From Planctomycetota bacterium (GTDB lineage: Bacteria; Planctomycetota; SZUA-567; H5-PLA8): DNA of 64,000 bases. Made by a program: the position numbers and the translations under genes. The DNA lies in assembly GCA_045863855.1 (NCBI GenBank), contig BTVV01000008.1, forward strand, positions 32,001 to 96,000, read 5' to 3'. This document shows, in pieces, positions 17,512-27,971 of this stretch. The first letter of the stretch is position 1. Each line of letters begins with the position of its first letter. The notes under the pieces were generated by a model that saw nothing but the letters and a program-made list of their open reading frames with translations, was not told the origin of the DNA and searched no databases.

Positions 17512-18204
17512 ATGCCCGCTGAACATCCGCCCGTCGTGCAGATCAGCCTCGATCTTCAAACCCTGGTCGACGCGCTGCCCACTGCCGAAGTCGCCGTACG
17601 CGCCGGCGTCGATTGGCTCGAAGTCGGAACGCCCCTGATTCTTGGAGAAGGGCTCCACGCCGTCCGTGCGCTCAAGCAGCGCTTTCCCAAGCACAAGATC
17701 GTCGCCGACCTCAAGACCATGGACGCCGGGTTCCTGGAGTGCGAGATGATGGCCGGCGCCGGCGCGGACTGCGTCGTCGTCATGTCCCGCGCGCACGACG
17801 GGACGGTCCGCGGAGCCGTCGAGGCCGGCAAAAAATTTGGCGTCAAAGTCATGGCGGACATCATGCTGGAGAAGGACTACGTCGCCGCCGCGAAACACTG
17901 CGAAGCCCTGGGCGTCGATTACATCATCCACCACATCGGCTACGACGAGCGCCACGTCGAAGTCGGCAAGAGCCCCATGACCGATCTGAAGGCCGTGGTG
18001 GACGCGGTCAAGATTCCTGTGCAAGCCGTCGGTGGATTGAGCATCGAGCAGGCGATCCAATGCCCGGCGGTCGGCGCGCCTCTCGTGGTCATCGGCGCGC
18101 CGCTGGCCGTCCAGGACCACCAGTTCGCACCCGGTCCCGAACTGGAAAAGATTCTGCGCGAAATTTGCGAGAAGGTGCATGCCTACGGCAGCAAAAAGAA
18201 GTAG
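17512..18204 (+). CDS. OMP decarboxylase/HUMPS-family protein (3-hexulose-6-phosphate synthase-like)
   Basis: QISLD, WLEVGTPLI, VADLKTMDAG, HIGYD, AVGG; AGGAG RBS. Confidence 0.85.
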   Translation: MPAEHPPVVQISLDLQTLVDALPTAEVAVRAGVDWLEVGTPLILGEGLHAVRALKQRFPKHKIVADLKTMDAGFLECEMMAGAGADCVVVMSRAHDGTVRGAVEAGKKFGVKVMADIMLEKDYVAAAKHCEALGVDYIIHHIGYDERHVEVGKSPMTDLKAVVDAVKIPVQAVGGLSIEQAIQCPAVGAPLVVIGAPLAVQDHQFAPGPELEKILREICEKVHAYGSKKK

Positions 18205-18236
18205 CGAGGGCGCTTGTTGCGCGTGCCCATTCAACG

Positions 18237-19148
18237 TTACTTTTGGGTTACTAGATTCTCCTCGCCACGCACCATTTTGCTGGGCGCCTTCCCCAAATAC
18301 CGCTTGCAGCATGTCGCCAAGTGCTGCGACGAACAATACCCCAACCGCTCGGCCACCGAAGTGACGGTCGCGGCGTGGTCGCGCAGCATGGTTATGGCCT
18401 TTTTGAGCCGCTCGCGGTGCGCGTATTCCATCGGCGCCATGCCCACCTCGCGCACGAAGCAGGCGTGAAAGTGGCTCACGCTCATCCCCGACAAGCCCGC
18501 CAATTCTTTTACCGTCGGCCAGGGGCGGGGGAGGCCGTCGAGAAATTCCCGCGCGCGGCGGATACCCGGCGGAACGAAGCCTTCCGCTTCGTCGCCGGCC
18601 AGCGGCAGCATGACCAGCGTCGCGAGCATCTGCTGGATCAGCGCGCGCGCGTGCACCACGTCGAGCGATCCGCAGGTACGCAGGTGTGCGAACAGCCGCT
18701 CGTAGTACGGCGTCAGCTTTTCCGCGCCGCGCAGGTGGCGATCCCTGAGCGCGTGGACGCGGCGGCATAATTCGATGGCTTCGGCGCCGGGCAAATGCAG
18801 AAAGGACCGCGCCGCGCGGGACTTCGGCTTCGGGATGCGCAGCACGATCCAATAAATCTCGCACGGATGCATCAATTCGTGCAGTCCGCCGTGCGGTTCG
18901 TCCGGCCATGTGAAGTAAACGTCGCCGCCGCGCAGCTCGTAGATGCGCTTCTGCGCCCACCACGTCACGTGGCCGCGCACGATTAAGCAGATCTCGAATT
19001 GCCCCGGATGCTCGTGACGACCCAGCGAGCCTACCTTCGTAAAGGTTGCGTGCCCTAAGTGGTAAAATTCCGGCAACGCCGCTACGCGTCCTTGCAGGGT
19101 CTGGCGTTGCGGCTTCTCGCTGTAGACCAGCGCCGGCGCCTTGGGCAC
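18237..19148 (-). CDS. AraC-family transcriptional regulator
   Basis: N-terminal cupin (HEHPGQFEICLI) and double HTH (LAGLSGMSVSHF; VAERLGYCSSQHL). Confidence 0.92.
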   Translation of the reverse strand: MPKAPALVYSEKPQRQTLQGRVAALPEFYHLGHATFTKVGSLGRHEHPGQFEICLIVRGHVTWWAQKRIYELRGGDVYFTWPDEPHGGLHELMHPCEIYWIVLRIPKPKSRAARSFLHLPGAEAIELCRRVHALRDRHLRGAEKLTPYYERLFAHLRTCGSLDVVHARALIQQMLATLVMLPLAGDEAEGFVPPGIRRAREFLDGLPRPWPTVKELAGLSGMSVSHFHACFVREVGMAPMEYAHRERLKKAITMLRDHAATVTSVAERLGYCSSQHLATCCKRYLGKAPSKMVRGEENLVTQK

Positions 19149-19222
19149 GGTTCTCTGCCTCCGATGGGCACGATCCTACGGGAGCCCCGCGGCGGCGCAA
19201 CCGTCGGCGTTCGTCGAAGCGG

Positions 19223-21949
19223 TTAGCCTTTGATCACGATATTGACCAGGCGGCCCTTCACGACGATCACTTTGACGATCGTCTTGCCGGCCAGTTCCTT
19301 GGCCACGGCCTCTTGCGCGGCCTGCTTCATCGCGTCTTCGCCAGCGTCGGCGGGCACGCTCGTTTTACCGCGCACTTTCCCGTTGACTTGAATCGCCAGT
19401 TCCAGGCTCGCGTCCTTGGTCTGTGCCTCGTCGAACGCCGGCCACGGCTCGAAGGCCAAGACTTTTTCGTGGCCCAATCGCCGCCACAATTCTTCGGCGA
19501 TATGCGGTGCGAACGGCGCCAGAATCAAGACGAAGCGTTCGGCTTGCGATTTCCCCAGCTTCTCGGGCGCCTTCAGGCATTCGTTGACGAAGATCATCAT
19601 CGCGCTGATGGCGGTATTGAACGCCATCCGCTCCAGGTCGTCGCCGACCTTCTTGATGGTTTTGTGCAGCGCGCGCTCCAATTCCGCGTCGCCGGTCTGG
19701 CCGTTCGACAGATTGGCGCGCAAGGCCCCCGCATTCGACTTGCTTTCGTCGTCCTCGACCACCAGCCGCCACGAACGCTGCAGGAAGCGAAAGACGCCCG
19801 GCACGTCGCGGGGGTTCCATGGCTTCGAGCCGTCCAGCGGACCGATGAACATTTCGTACAGGCGCAGCGTGTCCGCGCCGTACTCGTTTACTACGTCATC
19901 CGGATTAACGACGTTTTTCAGGCTTTTGGACATCTTGGCGGTAATCTGCTTCGCCGGTTGCCCCGTCGCCTTTACGACGAACCCTTGATCGCGTTCTTCT
20001 ACCTCGTCGTTGGGAATCAAGCGTCCCGCTTCATCCTGATACGCGAACGCTGTAATCAAGCCCTGATTGAACAAGCGCTGGAAGGGTTCCTTGGTGTGCA
20101 CGTGCCCCAAGTCGTACAGCACCTTATGCCAGAATCGCGCGTACAGCAGATGCAGCACCGCGTGCTCCGCGCCGCCGACGTACAGATCGACCGGCATCCA
20201 GTAATTCTCGACCTCCGGGCGCCAGCCCTTCCGGTCGTTTTTCGCGTCCAAATAGCGCAGGTAATACCAGCACGAACCCGCCCACTGCGGCATCGTATTG
20301 GTCTCGCGCCGCGCCTTCTTTTCGTTCGGCTTCAGCGCCTCGTCTGCGCGCCAGGGGCGCGTGCGCACGACCTGCCCTTGCGCGTCCACCTCGGCGGCGA
20401 CGTACAGCCAGTCCTTGGCTTTGCCCAAAGGCGGGTCGAACGTCCCGGTGGGCTTGAAGTCATCCATCTCCGGCAGCCGCAGCGGCAATTCGCTTTCGGG
20501 AATTAACGTGTGCGAACCGTCTTCGAAATGCAGCACCGGAAACGGTTCGCCCCAGTAGCGCTGCCGGCTGAACAGCCAGTCGCGCAGGCGGTAATTGATC
20601 GTGCCCTTGCCTTGCCCGCGGCTTTCCAGCCACTGCGTGATCTTCTTCTTGGCCTCTGGCGTGTGCAGGCCCTCGATAGTCGGGCTGTTGAAGGCCACGC
20701 CATCGTCGGTGAAGAAGTCCGCGAACTCTTGCGGTGCCTTGCGGAAATGCGCGCGCAGCGTCTCCACGGCGTTTGAATCCATGCTTTTCGGTGCATTGGT
20801 TTTTAGCCAACCGTCCGCCGGCATCACCACCGGCACGATCGGCAGCTTGTATTGAATCGCGAACTCCGCGTCGCGCGTATCGTGGGCCGGCACCGCCATG
20901 ATCGCGCCGGTCCCGTAGCCCGTCAGCACATAATCGGCGATCCAGATCGGAATCTTTGCCTTCGGATCGGACTTCTCGAAGACCGGATTGAACGCGTAGG
21001 CGCCGGTAAATACGCCCGTCTTTTCTTTGGCCAATTCGGTGCGCGCCAGATCCGATTTTTGGGCCGCCGCGCGCACGTAGGTATCCACCGCCGCCTTCTG
21101 GCCCGGCGTCGTCAGCTTCGACACCAGCGGATGTTCCGGCGCCAGAACCATGTAGGTCGCGCCGTACAGCGTGTCGGGCCGAGTCGTAAAGACGCGGATC
21201 GAACCTTCCTTCGAGTCCGCAATCTCGAAATCCACCTCCGCACCTTCGCTTTTCCCGATCCAGTTGCGCTGCTGAATCTTGATCGACTCGGGCCAGTCCA
21301 GCGCTTCCAGATCGGTCAGCAATCGTTCGGCGTATTCGGTGATCTTCAACATCCACTGCTTCATCGGGCGGCGCACGCACGGATGGTCGCCGCGCTCGCT
21401 GCGCCCGTCGATCACCTCCTCGTTCGCCAGCACCGTGCCCAGCGCTTCGCACCACCACACCGGTACTTCGGCCAGATACGCCAGGCCCTTCTTGTACAAC
21501 TGCATGAAGATCCATTGCGTCCAGCGGTAGTACTCGGGGTCCGTCGTATCCACTTCGCGGTCCCAGTCGTAGGAGAACCCCAGCGCCTGGATCTGCCGCT
21601 TCATGTTCGAGATGTTGCTTTGCGTCGTGATGCGCGGGTGCACGCCTGTCTGCACCGCGTACTGTTCGGCCGGCAGCCCGTACGCGTCCCAGCCCATCGG
21701 ATGCAGAACCTGAAAGCCCTTCATGCGCTTGTAGCGCGCCAGGATATCCGTCGCGGTGTAGCCTTCCGGATGTCCGACATGCAGCCCCGCGCCGCTGGGG
21801 TAGGGGAACATATCCAGAATGTAATACTTCGGCTTTTTCGGATCGAATCCGGCGTCGCCGGGATTGGGCGTCTTAAACGTCCTCTGCGAGGCCCATACTT
21901 GCTGCCAATGGGGCTCGATCTCGCGGGGCGTGTACTTGGCGGAAGGCAT
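19223..21949 (-). CDS. leuS: Leucine--tRNA ligase
   Basis: [14 protein letters not shown] (HIGH), [12 protein letters not shown] editing domain, [18 protein letters not shown]. Confidence 0.98.
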   Translation of the reverse strand: MPSAKYTPREIEPHWQQVWASQRTFKTPNPGDAGFDPKKPKYYILDMFPYPSGAGLHVGHPEGYTATDILARYKRMKGFQVLHPMGWDAYGLPAEQYAVQTGVHPRITTQSNISNMKRQIQALGFSYDWDREVDTTDPEYYRWTQWIFMQLYKKGLAYLAEVPVWWCEALGTVLANEEVIDGRSERGDHPCVRRPMKQWMLKITEYAERLLTDLEALDWPESIKIQQRNWIGKSEGAEVDFEIADSKEGSIRVFTTRPDTLYGATYMVLAPEHPLVSKLTTPGQKAAVDTYVRAAAQKSDLARTELAKEKTGVFTGAYAFNPVFEKSDPKAKIPIWIADYVLTGYGTGAIMAVPAHDTRDAEFAIQYKLPIVPVVMPADGWLKTNAPKSMDSNAVETLRAHFRKAPQEFADFFTDDGVAFNSPTIEGLHTPEAKKKITQWLESRGQGKGTINYRLRDWLFSRQRYWGEPFPVLHFEDGSHTLIPESELPLRLPEMDDFKPTGTFDPPLGKAKDWLYVAAEVDAQGQVVRTRPWRADEALKPNEKKARRETNTMPQWAGSCWYYLRYLDAKNDRKGWRPEVENYWMPVDLYVGGAEHAVLHLLYARFWHKVLYDLGHVHTKEPFQRLFNQGLITAFAYQDEAGRLIPNDEVEERDQGFVVKATGQPAKQITAKMSKSLKNVVNPDDVVNEYGADTLRLYEMFIGPLDGSKPWNPRDVPGVFRFLQRSWRLVVEDDESKSNAGALRANLSNGQTGDAELERALHKTIKKVGDDLERMAFNTAISAMMIFVNECLKAPEKLGKSQAERFVLILAPFAPHIAEELWRRLGHEKVLAFEPWPAFDEAQTKDASLELAIQVNGKVRGKTSVPADAGEDAMKQAAQEAVAKELAGKTIVKVIVVKGRLVNIVIKG

Positions 21950-22228
21950 GGCACATCCTCATTCGGCGCACGAAACCAGTGCACGCTCGCGCCCATCCCG
22001 ATGGGGGATCGCACGCGTGCCGCACACGAAGTAAGCGGAGCACTCTACCGAAAAGAGCGGACAGCGGCTAGCGCGAGAGGCTCGCGCTCGCGCGGAACGC
22101 TGCGCGAGCACGGTGGGCTCCCTTCGAGGATGCGCCCATCGAGCGGCGCTTGGAGGTGGGTGCGTGACTCATGGGGGCACTCAACCCCGCCGCCGGAGCT
22201 TTGTCAATCCGCCCGGCGAGGAATAGTC

Positions 22229-22256
22229 TTGACAGCGGCACGAAGATGCCGACACT
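22229..22256 (+). promoter_or_regulatory. Putative sigma70 promoter for tRNA-Ala
   Basis: TTGACA, 16 nt spacer, GACACT, about 55 nt upstream of the tRNA. Confidence 0.4.
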
Positions 22257-22310
22257 AAGACCCCGCGCCGGACCTTGACGGGTCCGGCGTTGAATTTCCA
22301 AAGCGTACGT

Positions 22311-22386
22311 GGGGCTGTGGCGCAGCTGGGAGCGCGCCTGCATGGCATGCAGGAGGTCAGGGGTTCGAACCCCCTCAGCTCCACCA
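22311..22386 (+). tRNA. tRNA-Ala (GGC)
   Basis: 76 nt cloverleaf: GGGGCTG acceptor with G3.U70, anticodon arm CCTGC-ATGGCAT-GCAGG, GTTCGAAC T-loop, encoded CCA. Confidence 0.97.
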
Positions 22387-22402
22387 TTATAATTCCATAC
22401 CG

Positions 22403-22433
22403 GCGGGGACCATTGCGGTCCCCGTTTTCTTTT
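22403..22433 (+). terminator. Intrinsic terminator after the tRNA
   Basis: GCGGGGACC-attgc-GGTCCCCGT followed by TTTCTTTT. Confidence 0.8.
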
Positions 22434-22503
22434 GATTAGGCGGGCGCTTGAGGCGTCTAATCGCCGGCGGCATTACCCCAAACGAACTCAGGAGGTTCAC
22501 GTC

Positions 22504-23292
22504 ATGCGTAAGGCCACGTGCTTGCTGGCGGCGGTGCTGGTCGTGGGGCTTTTTGCGCGGGAATTGCGCGCGGCGGACGAAGGCGGCGTCGCGCAATGGA
22601 TGGCCGACTTCGCCGGAAACGACGCGGTCAAGCAGGAGGCCGCGGTCGAGGCCTTGCTCGAAAAGGCTGCTCAGGCCAAGCCCGCGATCGAGGAGGCGAT
22701 CAAGAAGTCCGACGACGCCGGCTTGCGCGCGCGCTATCAGGGCGTGCTCGACCGCATGACGCAGGTCACCGCGACGCTCGAAACCACGCTCGGGCCGATT
22801 CACGTCAAGCTCTTCGCTGCTCAAACGCCACTCACCTGCGCCAATTTCATCAACCTGGCGCGGCGGGGATTTTACGATGGATTGGCGTTCCATCGCGTCA
22901 TCGACAACTTCATGATCCAGGGCGGCTGTCCGGAGGGCAACGGCATGGGCACGCCGGGCTATTCGTTCGAGGACGAGATCGTCGCCGACCTGAAGCACGC
23001 CAAGCCCGGCACGCTCTCCATGGCCAACGCGGGCAAGTCGACCAATGGGAGCCAGTTCTTCATCACGCATATCCCGACGGGCTGGCTGGACGGGAAGCAC
23101 ACCGTCTTCGGCGAGGTGCTCAACAAGGCCGATATGGATGTGGTGAACCGGATTCAGAAGGGGCACAAAATCGTTCGCGTGCGCATCTTTGGGGACACCT
23201 CGGCGCTCGAGGAGCAGACCAAAGACCGCATCGCGAAGTTCAACGCGGCGCTCGACAAGAATTTCGGGCACAAGCTCAAGCCGTTGAAGTAG
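22504..23292 (+). CDS. Cyclophilin-type peptidyl-prolyl isomerase with signal peptide and N-terminal helical extension
   Basis: [48 protein letters not shown]. Confidence 0.93.
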   Translation: MRKATCLLAAVLVVGLFARELRAADEGGVAQWMADFAGNDAVKQEAAVEALLEKAAQAKPAIEEAIKKSDDAGLRARYQGVLDRMTQVTATLETTLGPIHVKLFAAQTPLTCANFINLARRGFYDGLAFHRVIDNFMIQGGCPEGNGMGTPGYSFEDEIVADLKHAKPGTLSMANAGKSTNGSQFFITHIPTGWLDGKHTVFGEVLNKADMDVVNRIQKGHKIVRVRIFGDTSALEEQTKDRIAKFNAALDKNFGHKLKPLK

Positions 23293-23295
23293 GTC

Positions 23296-23937
23296 TTACA
23301 GGATCACCTGCCGCAGCGCCGCGAAGTCCGAGACTTCGTGGCGCGGCTGCAGCGCACGCAGCGTGGCCGGATCGCCCAGACCGTAGCTGACGTAGCAGAA
23401 GGCCAGCCCGGCGTTGCGCGCGCTCTCCCCGTCGGCCGGCCCGTCGCCCACCATCAGCGCCTCTCCGCTTACCCAGCCCAGTTCCCCCAGCGCGAAGCGC
23501 AGCGGCGCCGGATCGGGCTTCAGGCCCAGCGGGTTATCGCCTCCTACCACCACCGGCAGGTAGGGCGCGAGGTGCAATTCCTTCAAGAGCGCCACGGCGC
23601 TCGAGCCGGGCTTGTTCGTCACCACGCCCATGCGGCAGCCGGCGGCGTGCAGCGCCGCCAGCGTCTCCGGCACGCCGGGGTAGGGGCGCGTCAGGTCGGC
23701 CATATGCGCGGCGTAGTGAGCCAGATAACGGGCCAGTGCCCGCTCGCGCTCGTCGGGCTGCTCAAATGCGCGTTCGATCAGCTTGTGCACCCCGTCGCCG
23801 ACGAAGCGGCGCACCAGCGTGATCGGGTGCGGCGGGTGGCCGAACTCGGCGCGCGCCTTGTTTAGGGCTGCCGCAATATCGCCGACCGAATCGATCAGCG
23901 TCCCGTCGAGATCGAAAAGCACATAGGGATAGCGCAT
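23296..23937 (-). CDS. gph: HAD-IA phosphatase (phosphoglycolate phosphatase-like)
   Basis: FDLDGTLIDS, VVTNK, KPDP, MVGD. Confidence 0.8.
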   Translation of the reverse strand: MRYPYVLFDLDGTLIDSVGDIAAALNKARAEFGHPPHPITLVRRFVGDGVHKLIERAFEQPDERERALARYLAHYAAHMADLTRPYPGVPETLAALHAAGCRMGVVTNKPGSSAVALLKELHLAPYLPVVVGGDNPLGLKPDPAPLRFALGELGWVSGEALMVGDGPADGESARNAGLAFCYVSYGLGDPATLRALQPRHEVSDFAALRQVIL

Positions 23938-24100
23938 TCCTGAATGATACCGAATCTCCGCCCCAAAAACCCGGCACGCGTGCGTTTTTCGCTCTCAAGC
24001 GCCTCCTTTAGTGGGCCGATTCCTATAAGACCGGCGCTCGTGCCGAAGGCCGGGGAGATCTGCTGCTCTACGCGCCCCCACGCGAAGGAACCTAACCCCC

Positions 24101-25936
24101 ATGCCGTCGAACCGGAAACTTCCTGTGATTCTATCTCTAGGCGCCGCCGCGCTTTGCGGGCCGTGGGCGTGGGGTGGCGAGGCCGAAGGCCGGCTCGTCG
24201 CCAGCGCCCCCAGTACGCCTATCGCGCCGGTGTACGATCGCGCGCCGCGTGAGCGGACGCCCGCCGTCCAGCCGTTGTCGGCCGCGCCGGCCGTACGCGA
24301 ACCCTTTCCGGAACCGATGTGGGGGCAAGTGAGTGCCGGACAGGTCAACGTGCGCACGGGTCCAAGTACCGATTACGGCATTCTGGTGACGCTCAGCGGC
24401 GGCGACTACATCCACGCTTACGCGCGCCAAGGGGCCTGGCTCGAGATCGACTGGCCGGAAGCCTCGCCGGCCTGGATTTCCAAGGCGTTCGTGGACACGG
24501 ACGGAACCGTAACGGGTGACCGGGTGCGCATTCGCGCGCGCGGGACGCTCCAGGCGCCGGTCCTGCGCGAAGCGCAACGCGGCGAACGCGTTCGCGTGCT
24601 GGGCGAGGCCGGAGATTGGCTCAAGATCGCGCCGCCCGAAAGCGCCCGCGCGTACATTCACGCCAAGTACACCGTGCTGGGCGTGCAAGGTCCGGCTTCG
24701 AGTTCCCCAGCGGCCGCGCCCGCGCCCATGGCTTCGGCCGCGCCGATTCAAGTGCTGCCGCCGGTCGAACCCGTGGCCGCTCCCGTTAACCAGCCGCCGC
24801 ACCTCAACTTGACCGAATCCGCCGTGGCGGCGCTTCCGCCTATCGACGAACCGGCTCCGGCGGCGGCTTTGCCGGCCCAGCCCGAACCGGCCGAGCCTGC
24901 GGTTGCCGCGCTCGAATCGGCCGTGCCGGTGGTGGAAGCGCCCGTGGCGCGGATCGAACCTTCGCCTGCGCCGTCTGCGATTCCCGACGCGCCCGCTTCG
25001 CTCGCCGTCGCGCGCGCGGCCGCACCGGAGGTCGTCCCCGCATCCGAACCGGCCCTCGTGCCGGATCCAGCCGATCCGGTCAATCTGGTCGAAACCGCCA
25101 CAACGGTTCCGGCTCCCGCGCCCAGCGCCGAAGTAGCACCGGCGGCGCCGCCGGAACCGGCCATCGCCGCAGCACCCGCACCTGAACCCCAGGCGGCCCC
25201 CGCGCCCGTCGTGGAGGCCTCCGCGCCGTTGAGCGCCCCGGTCCGCCCGCGCCCGGCACGTGATGTAGACCCCGTTTTCGGCGAACGTCTGCCCAAGCCG
25301 CGCGACGTAGCACCGGAAGAGGAAGCGAACTGGAACGCCGCGGCCGTCGAACCGGACGCGAAGCCCGATCCGAGCCTGTACGCCGAACCGGCCGAAGGCG
25401 AACGCGAAGGCGGCCTGATTCAGAAGGTGCAGGGCGCCGCATCCACCGTCGGGTCGGCCTTCAAAAGCGCCGGGCATGAAGTGGCCGAATGGACCACCGG
25501 AACCGTCTCGAACGTGACTCCGGTCGTGACCGAGAACGTCAAGAAGGGCGCGGGCGTCGTGGCCGAGAGCGGTACGTCCGCCGGGCAGACGGTGGCCGGT
25601 GGCGTGACCAGCGGCTACACGAAGACCAAGGAGTTGGTCATCGGCACTCCCAAGCGCGCGAATCCGGATGGCCCGGAAGCGCCGGTCGCCGCACAGAGCG
25701 CCGAGACGGTCCGCACCGCATCCGGCACGCTGGAAAGGATGCCGCTGGATGCCGCGAGCGGCGCGAGTTTCAAGCTGGTCAAGGACGGCGCGACGACGTG
25801 GTTCCTGATCCCCGAGCCCGGCGTGCAACTCGAAGGCTACGCCGGCCGGCGCATCGGGGTCGTCGGCTCCTCCGAAGCTGTCCCGTCGAGCGGCGCGCGG
25901 GTGATGAAAGTCAGCAGCGCGTTCACCATGGACTAA
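24101..25936 (+). CDS. Secreted protein with two SH3b domains and a long Pro/Ala/Glu-rich linker
   Basis: Signal peptide; VNVRTGPSTDY...W.EI...AWISK and VRIRARG...WLKI...AYIHAKY SH3b signatures; low-complexity middle. Confidence 0.8.
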   Translation: MPSNRKLPVILSLGAAALCGPWAWGGEAEGRLVASAPSTPIAPVYDRAPRERTPAVQPLSAAPAVREPFPEPMWGQVSAGQVNVRTGPSTDYGILVTLSGGDYIHAYARQGAWLEIDWPEASPAWISKAFVDTDGTVTGDRVRIRARGTLQAPVLREAQRGERVRVLGEAGDWLKIAPPESARAYIHAKYTVLGVQGPASSSPAAAPAPMASAAPIQVLPPVEPVAAPVNQPPHLNLTESAVAALPPIDEPAPAAALPAQPEPAEPAVAALESAVPVVEAPVARIEPSPAPSAIPDAPASLAVARAAAPEVVPASEPALVPDPADPVNLVETATTVPAPAPSAEVAPAAPPEPAIAAAPAPEPQAAPAPVVEASAPLSAPVRPRPARDVDPVFGERLPKPRDVAPEEEANWNAAAVEPDAKPDPSLYAEPAEGEREGGLIQKVQGAASTVGSAFKSAGHEVAEWTTGTVSNVTPVVTENVKKGAGVVAESGTSAGQTVAGGVTSGYTKTKELVIGTPKRANPDGPEAPVAAQSAETVRTASGTLERMPLDAASGASFKLVKDGATTWFLIPEPGVQLEGYAGRRIGVVGSSEAVPSSGARVMKVSSAFTMD

Positions 25937-26046
25937 GCCTGGCTGGCCGAAGCGGCTGGGGCAGGGCCGTCGTCTTTTCCCTTCTTCCTAAGATCCTCTT
26001 TTTTCCGGTGCCGCGCGTTTCACCCATGGCGCAGCGAGCGGTTGGC

Positions 26047-26075
26047 TTGACGTCCGGCGTTTCGTGGCGGATAGT
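26047..26075 (+). promoter_or_regulatory. Putative sigma70 promoter upstream of asd
   Basis: TTGACG, 17 nt spacer, GATAGT. Confidence 0.5.
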
Positions 26076-26099
26076 AGAAGGCCGCAAGCGGTACGGCGC

Positions 26100-26129
26100 C
26101 CCGCTTCGTAGAGACGAAGCGGGTTTTTT
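26100..26129 (+). terminator. Intrinsic terminator 40 nt upstream of the asd start
   Basis: Perfect 10 bp stem CCCGCTTCGT-agag-ACGAAGCGGG followed by TTTTTT. Confidence 0.8.
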
Positions 26130-26168
26130 GTTGGGATTCGATTCCCTCGGAGCAAAGGCGGACACGGC

Positions 26169-27284
26169 ATGAGCGGGCAAGCCCCCTCACGGCCCTTGCG
26201 AGTGGCGGTGGTTGGAGCCACCGGCATTGCGGGCCAGCAGTTTCTCGCGGCGTTGGAAAGCCATCCCTGGTTTACGCTGAAACGCTTGGCGGCCAGCGAG
26301 CGCAGCGCCGGCAAAACGTACGCGGCGGCGATCACCGACAGCGCCAGCGGCGCCACGCGCTGGTATTGCGAGAAACCGTGCTCCAAGGCCTTCCTGGGCC
26401 TCAACGTCGAGCGCGCCGACCAGTTGATCCTGGACGACATCGACCTCGTCTTCACGGCTTTGGAATCCGACGCCGCTAAGGAAGTCGAGCCACTCTACGC
26501 GAAGAAAGTGCCGGTGGTCAGCACCGCCAGCGCCTTCCGCTACGAGGAAGATGTTCCGATCTTCCTGCCCGGCGTCAATCCGGACCACGCCAAGCTGATC
26601 GAGAAGCAGCGCAAAGCGCGCGGCTTCCAGGGCTTCATCACCCCCGGCCCCAACTGCACCACGGTGGGCCTGGCCCTCAGCTTAAAGCCGCTCTTCGATG
26701 CCTTCGGGGTGCAGAACGTCCTGATGACCAGCATGCAGGCCGTCAGCGGCGCGGGGCGCAGCCCCGGCGTCCTGGCGCTGGACATCATCGACAACATCGT
26801 GCCGTACATCCCCAAGGAAGAAGAGAAGGTCGAGAAGGAGACGCGCAAGATTCTCGGCGCGCTCAAGGACGGCGCGATCCAGCCGGCGAACTTCCGCGTC
26901 TCGGCCACCTGCACGCGCGTCAACGTGATCGAAGCGCACACCGAGTGCGTCAACGTGAGCCTCGGCAAAGCGGCCAGTCTCGATGAGGTCAAGCAAGTCT
27001 GGCGGCAGAGCTACGAGGAACTCCGCGGCATGAAGCTCCCTTCGTGCCCGCAGGAATTGCTGCACTACACCGAAGAGCCCTTCCGCCCCCAGCCGCGCCT
27101 CGACCGCGACCGCGAAGGCGGCATGACCACCACCCTCGGACGGCTGCGCGAAGACAGCGTGCTGCCCCACGGGATCAAATACGTTCTGCTCAGCCACAAC
27201 ACCAAGATGGGCGCGGCCAAGGGCGCGATCCTCACCGCCGAATGGCTGATCGTGAAGGGCGCGATCAACGCCGGCAGCCGCTAA
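26169..27284 (+). CDS. asd: Aspartate-semialdehyde dehydrogenase (archaeal/fungal-like subtype)
   Basis: VVGATGIAGQ, PNCTT catalytic Cys, MQAVSGAG, DNIVPYIPKEEEK, PQPRLDRD, HNTKMGAA. Confidence 0.92.
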   Translation: MSGQAPSRPLRVAVVGATGIAGQQFLAALESHPWFTLKRLAASERSAGKTYAAAITDSASGATRWYCEKPCSKAFLGLNVERADQLILDDIDLVFTALESDAAKEVEPLYAKKVPVVSTASAFRYEEDVPIFLPGVNPDHAKLIEKQRKARGFQGFITPGPNCTTVGLALSLKPLFDAFGVQNVLMTSMQAVSGAGRSPGVLALDIIDNIVPYIPKEEEKVEKETRKILGALKDGAIQPANFRVSATCTRVNVIEAHTECVNVSLGKAASLDEVKQVWRQSYEELRGMKLPSCPQELLHYTEEPFRPQPRLDRDREGGMTTTLGRLREDSVLPHGIKYVLLSHNTKMGAAKGAILTAEWLIVKGAINAGSR

Positions 27285-27376
27285 GCGGCCGCCGGTACAG
27301 GAACGGAGTACCCGCGGCGGGGGCGCAAGCTCCCGCCGCTTGGTTTTCAGGCTAGGCGATGGATGGGCGCGGCCGA

Positions 27377-27778
27377 TCAGCCGCCGAAGAGGTACAGGAA
27401 GCAGTAGGTCAAAAAGCCGGCGCAGAGCACCGAGCTGACGCCCAGCACCCATAAGCCCGTGGCGCCGCGCGCCCACCGTCCCAGCTTCGACTGCGCCTGC
27501 TGAGCGGCCACGACGACATGCGCGAGGCCCGTCTTTCCGGCCGTCTTGCGCTTGCCACGCCCCCGGCGCAGCGCGAACGCCTTGCGCGTGGACGAATCGG
27601 CACTCTGCAACAGCCCCGGCGTATCGATGCGATTCCGCCGCCGCCGCGTCCGCGACGAATCCGGCTTCCCGCGCAGGTCGTTGACCGTGGAGAGCGCTTC
27701 AAACTTCGAGTCCAGCTCCGGTTCGCCCGGCAACACGTCGGGCTCCTGAGGCGTAGGTGAGTTCTGAATCATGGCCAT
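27377..27778 (-). CDS. Hypothetical protein with a C-terminal TM helix
   Basis: Basic, disordered N-terminus and one C-terminal hydrophobic helix; AGGA upstream of the ATG. Confidence 0.5.
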   Translation of the reverse strand: MAMIQNSPTPQEPDVLPGEPELDSKFEALSTVNDLRGKPDSSRTRRRRNRIDTPGLLQSADSSTRKAFALRRGRGKRKTAGKTGLAHVVVAAQQAQSKLGRWARGATGLWVLGVSSVLCAGFLTYCFLYLFGG

Positions 27779-27971
27779 GACGTCAACGGTTCCTAAGCGA
27801 GCAATCGCATACCATCTTACTGCACGAGTGCACCGCGCCAATACGAAACTCTGGAATCCTGTTCGGTTTCCATTTAGATAAACGCCGCACCCGTGCAAAA
27901 GTATAATAGATTCCGGATGGAATCTGTAAAGTTCGTCTGCTTATGCGGTTAAATATTTACTTCGGTGAGGT

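Noticed and set aside
21950..22228. Possible T-box or leader peptide upstream of leuS
   Set aside because: No T-box consensus or Leu-rich leader was found; only generic GC-rich hairpins.
22311..22440. tRNA-Ala as an integration site for an island
   Set aside because: No integrase nearby, no duplicated tRNA 3' end noticed, and the downstream genes look like core genes.
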